From Malacoraja senta (lineage: Eukaryota): a DNA stretch of 64,000 nucleotides. Both the position numbers and the translations under genes were made by a program. The notes under the pieces are model-generated. The model saw only the letters and a list, made by a program, of their open reading frames with translations, was not told where the DNA came from and ran no database searches. Within the stretch, counting starts at the first letter, position 1; each line of letters starts with the position of its first letter. The stretch covers positions 7,008,001 to 7,072,000 of the forward strand of contig CM075996.1 of NCBI GenBank assembly GCA_038087875.1, in the 5' to 3' direction. This document shows positions 61,216-64,000 of this stretch, in pieces.

Positions 61216-62554
61216 GGGGTCACTTCAAGGGCACGGCACAATGGGACCACAGATCCACCGTCCGTCACGCCCAGAACTTCTATCAGCTTCCTCGAGGGGC
61301 CTCTGACTCTCCCTCCCTACACAGCCGCACCCTAACTACATCAACTGCAAAGGTTGCCCCAGATCCCAGACCAAACCTGGGTTTAACTTACCAGGTTCCT
61401 TGCCTTCACAATACCTCCAGTTTTCTTTGACTGTTTCATAAGTCATAGGAGTAGAATTAGGCCAGTCGGCCCATCAAGTCTACTCCGCCATTCAATCATG
61501 GCTGATCTATCTCTCCCTCCTAACCCCATTCTCCTGCCTTCTCCACATAACCTCTGACACCCGCACTAATCAAGAATCTATCTATCTCTGCCATAAATAT
61601 ATCCACTGACTCGACTGAATTCCACAGATTCACCACCCTCTGACTAAAGAAATTCCTCCTCATCTCCTTTCTAAAGGTACGTCCTTTTATTCTGAGGCTG
61701 TGCCCTCTGGTCCTAGACTCGCCCACTAGTGGAAACATCCTCTCCACGTCCACTCTGTCCAGGCCTTTCACTATTCGGTAAGTTTTAACGAGGTACCCCC
61801 TCTTCCTTCCAAACTCTAGAAGGATGGCTGTATAAGGTTTAAATACTGCTCCAGCAAAAAAATAGACACCAAGTGTTGGAGTAACTCAGCAGGACAGACA
61901 TCTCTGAAAAACTTGGATAGGTTAAATTTTGGATTGGACCATTTCTTCCCTCTCTGCCCCCCCCCCCCTCCCCCACCCCTCACCCTAGTCATTGTACTAG
62001 TTTCACTGTCGTCCTGTTGAATTTTTAAGAAGGAGCTGCAGATACTGGAAAATCGAACGAGGACAAAAATGCTGGAGAAACTCAGCGGGTGCAGCAGCAT
62101 CTATGGAGCGAAGGAAATAGGCAACTGAAGAAGGGTTTCGGCCCGAACGTTGCCTATTTCCTTCGCTCCATAGATGCTGCTGCACCCGCTGAGTTTCTCC
62201 AGCATTTTTGTCTACCGTCCTGTTGAGTTTCATTGTCTGCATAACTCGTTATCACCCACCACACAGCCAACAATCTCACCAGAGACCCGGGTTCCATCCT
62301 GACTACGGGTGCTGCCTGTACGGAGTTTGTACCTTCTCCCCGTGACCTGCGTGGGTTTAAATACGAGATCTTCGGTTTCCTCCCACACTCCCAAACACAT
62401 ACAGGTTTGTAGGTTAATTGGCTTGGTATGAATGTAAAAACAATTGTCCCTGGTGTGTGTAGGGTAGTGCTAATGTGCAGGGATGGCTGGTAGGTGTGGA
62501 CTCGGTGGGCCTGTATCTTTAAACTAAACTAAACTGCACACATAACTACAAACG

Positions 62555-62760
62555 TGGTCTGGGCCTGGCCGAGCTGGTCATTCGAGGGACTTGGCAAAGG
62601 GCCATGGGCCGAGGACTCCACCTAGGCCGCCAGCCTGCCCCTCTTCCGGGCTCATGTCCGTGCCCGGGTGTCCCTGGAGAGGGAACACACAGTGTCCATG
62701 GGCACCTTGCCCATTTTCCGGGACCGCTGGGCACAGCACGATCTTGTGTGCTTCTCAGAT
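62555..62760 (+). mobile_element. Tx1-like (L1 clade) ORF2 C-terminal remnant
   Basis: GLAELVIRGTWQRAM...LPLFRAHVRARVSLEREHTVSMGTLPIFRDRWA, homologous to the 61030-61215 remnant. Confidence 0.6.
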
Positions 62761-63499
62761 GAAAGTAGATGTACAATAGGTGCAGGAGTGGGCCATTCAG
62801 CCCTTCAAGCCAGCACCGCCATCCAATGTGATCAAGGCTGATCATCCAAAATCAGTATCCCATTACTGCTTTCTCCCCATATCCCTTCATTCCTTTGGCC
62901 CCAAGAGCTATATCTAACCCTCTCTTGATAAACATCCAGTGAATTGGCCTCCACTGCCTCCTGTGGCAGAGAATTCCACAGATCCGCAACTCTCTGGGTG
63001 AAAAGGTTTTTCCTCATCTCAGTTCCAAGTGGCCTACCCCTTATTCTTAAACTGTGACCCCCTGGTTCTGCATATTCCTTATTTTAGAGTGATGTCTCCT
63101 TGTGTAGGATAGTGTTAGTGTACGGGGTGATCGCTGGTCGGCGCGGACTCGTTGGGCCGAAGGGCCTGCTTCCATGCTGTGTCTCTAAAGTTATAGTGGT
63201 GTATTCACTGTGATTTTGCACCAGTAAATAAACTTACCTTTGTAAAAAAAGATGCAACCCAACCGATGCATTATAAAGCTGCAGATATAGCCACGTGGAT
63301 TATGTAATGTTTAGTTTAGTTTAGAGATCCAGCGTGGAAACAGGCTCGTTCAGTCCACCGTGTCCACGCCAACCATCGATTACCCATACACCAGTTCTAC
63401 CCAACATATTAGGGACACTTTACAGAAGCCAATTAACCTACATGTGTAGGAAGTAAATGCAGATGCTGTTTTAAACCAAAGATAGACACAAAAAGCTGG

Positions 63500-64000
63500 A
63501 GTCAAGTCAAGTCGTCAAGTCACATTTATTTATATAGCACATTTAAATAACAACTCTCGTTGGCCAAAGTGCTTTACATTTGTTATAAGAATAGCATAAA
63601 CAAAACAAACTACATACATATATACATGTAGCCCTCACTCAGAGGACGTCAGGAAAGGCTTGGGAGTATAGATAAGTTTTAATCTTGACTTAAAGGAGTC
63701 GATGGTGGGGGCGGTTCTGATGGGAAAGGGGATGCTGTTCCACAATCTAGGGGCTGCAACCGCAAAGGCGCGGTCGCCCCTGAGCTTATGCCTAGACCGT
63801 GGGATATTCAGCAACCCCAAGTCGGCCGATCTGAGGGGCCTGGAGGTGGAGTGGTGGGTGAGAAGACTTTTAATGTAGGTGGGGGCAAGCCCATTGAGGG
63901 CTTTGTAGACATGGAGGAGGATCTTGAAGTTTATACGGAACCGCACAGGGAGCCAGTGGAGAGAGGCCAGGATCGGGGTGATGTCCCTTTTTCGGGTGCC
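63500..64000 (-). mobile_element. L2 LINE 3' fragment (same family), runs off the window end
   Basis: Nearly identical to the other two copies. Confidence 0.9.

Noticed and set aside
54443..64000. Exon 2 of the SH3BP1-like gene
   Set aside because: I found no acceptor-bounded segment encoding the expected AEKTEVLSEDLLQ-like peptide. It is probably beyond the window.

Overview
Repeat-dense vertebrate genomic DNA, most likely a cartilaginous fish (skate/ray), judged from abundant HE1-type V-SINEs and CR1/HER1 tails. None of the host genes appears whole in the ORF track; I reconstructed them by hand from splice sites. They are a complete 4-exon prototype galectin (LGALS1/2-like, 138 aa, minus strand, 773-7963), a complete 4-exon ATP synthase subunit f gene (atp5mf, 89 aa, minus strand, 13709-24162), the first coding exon of an SH3BP1/ARHGAP17/ARHGAP44-family gene (plus strand, 54387-54442), and a variant tRNA-Leu(TAG) gene. 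Mobile DNA includes a near full-length Neptune-type Penelope-like element (PLE) with an inverted head and a 17-bp TSD in atp5mf intron 2, and a second PLE with an uninterrupted RT-GIY-YIG frame. There is also a complete but decayed Mag-like Gypsy provirus (5-bp TSD) carrying two nested insertions, plus Tc1, L2, Rex1, CR1, Tx1 and HERO-like fragments, a non-autonomous Helitron and two MITEs. The most striking non-genic signal is a minimal hammerhead-ribozyme motif (CUGAAGA-stemII-GAAACGUH). It sits in the PLE 3' end and recurs in many short non-coding PLE-derived modules across the window, often as head-to-head palindromes. Coordinates were counted by hand, and repeat boundaries are approximate.
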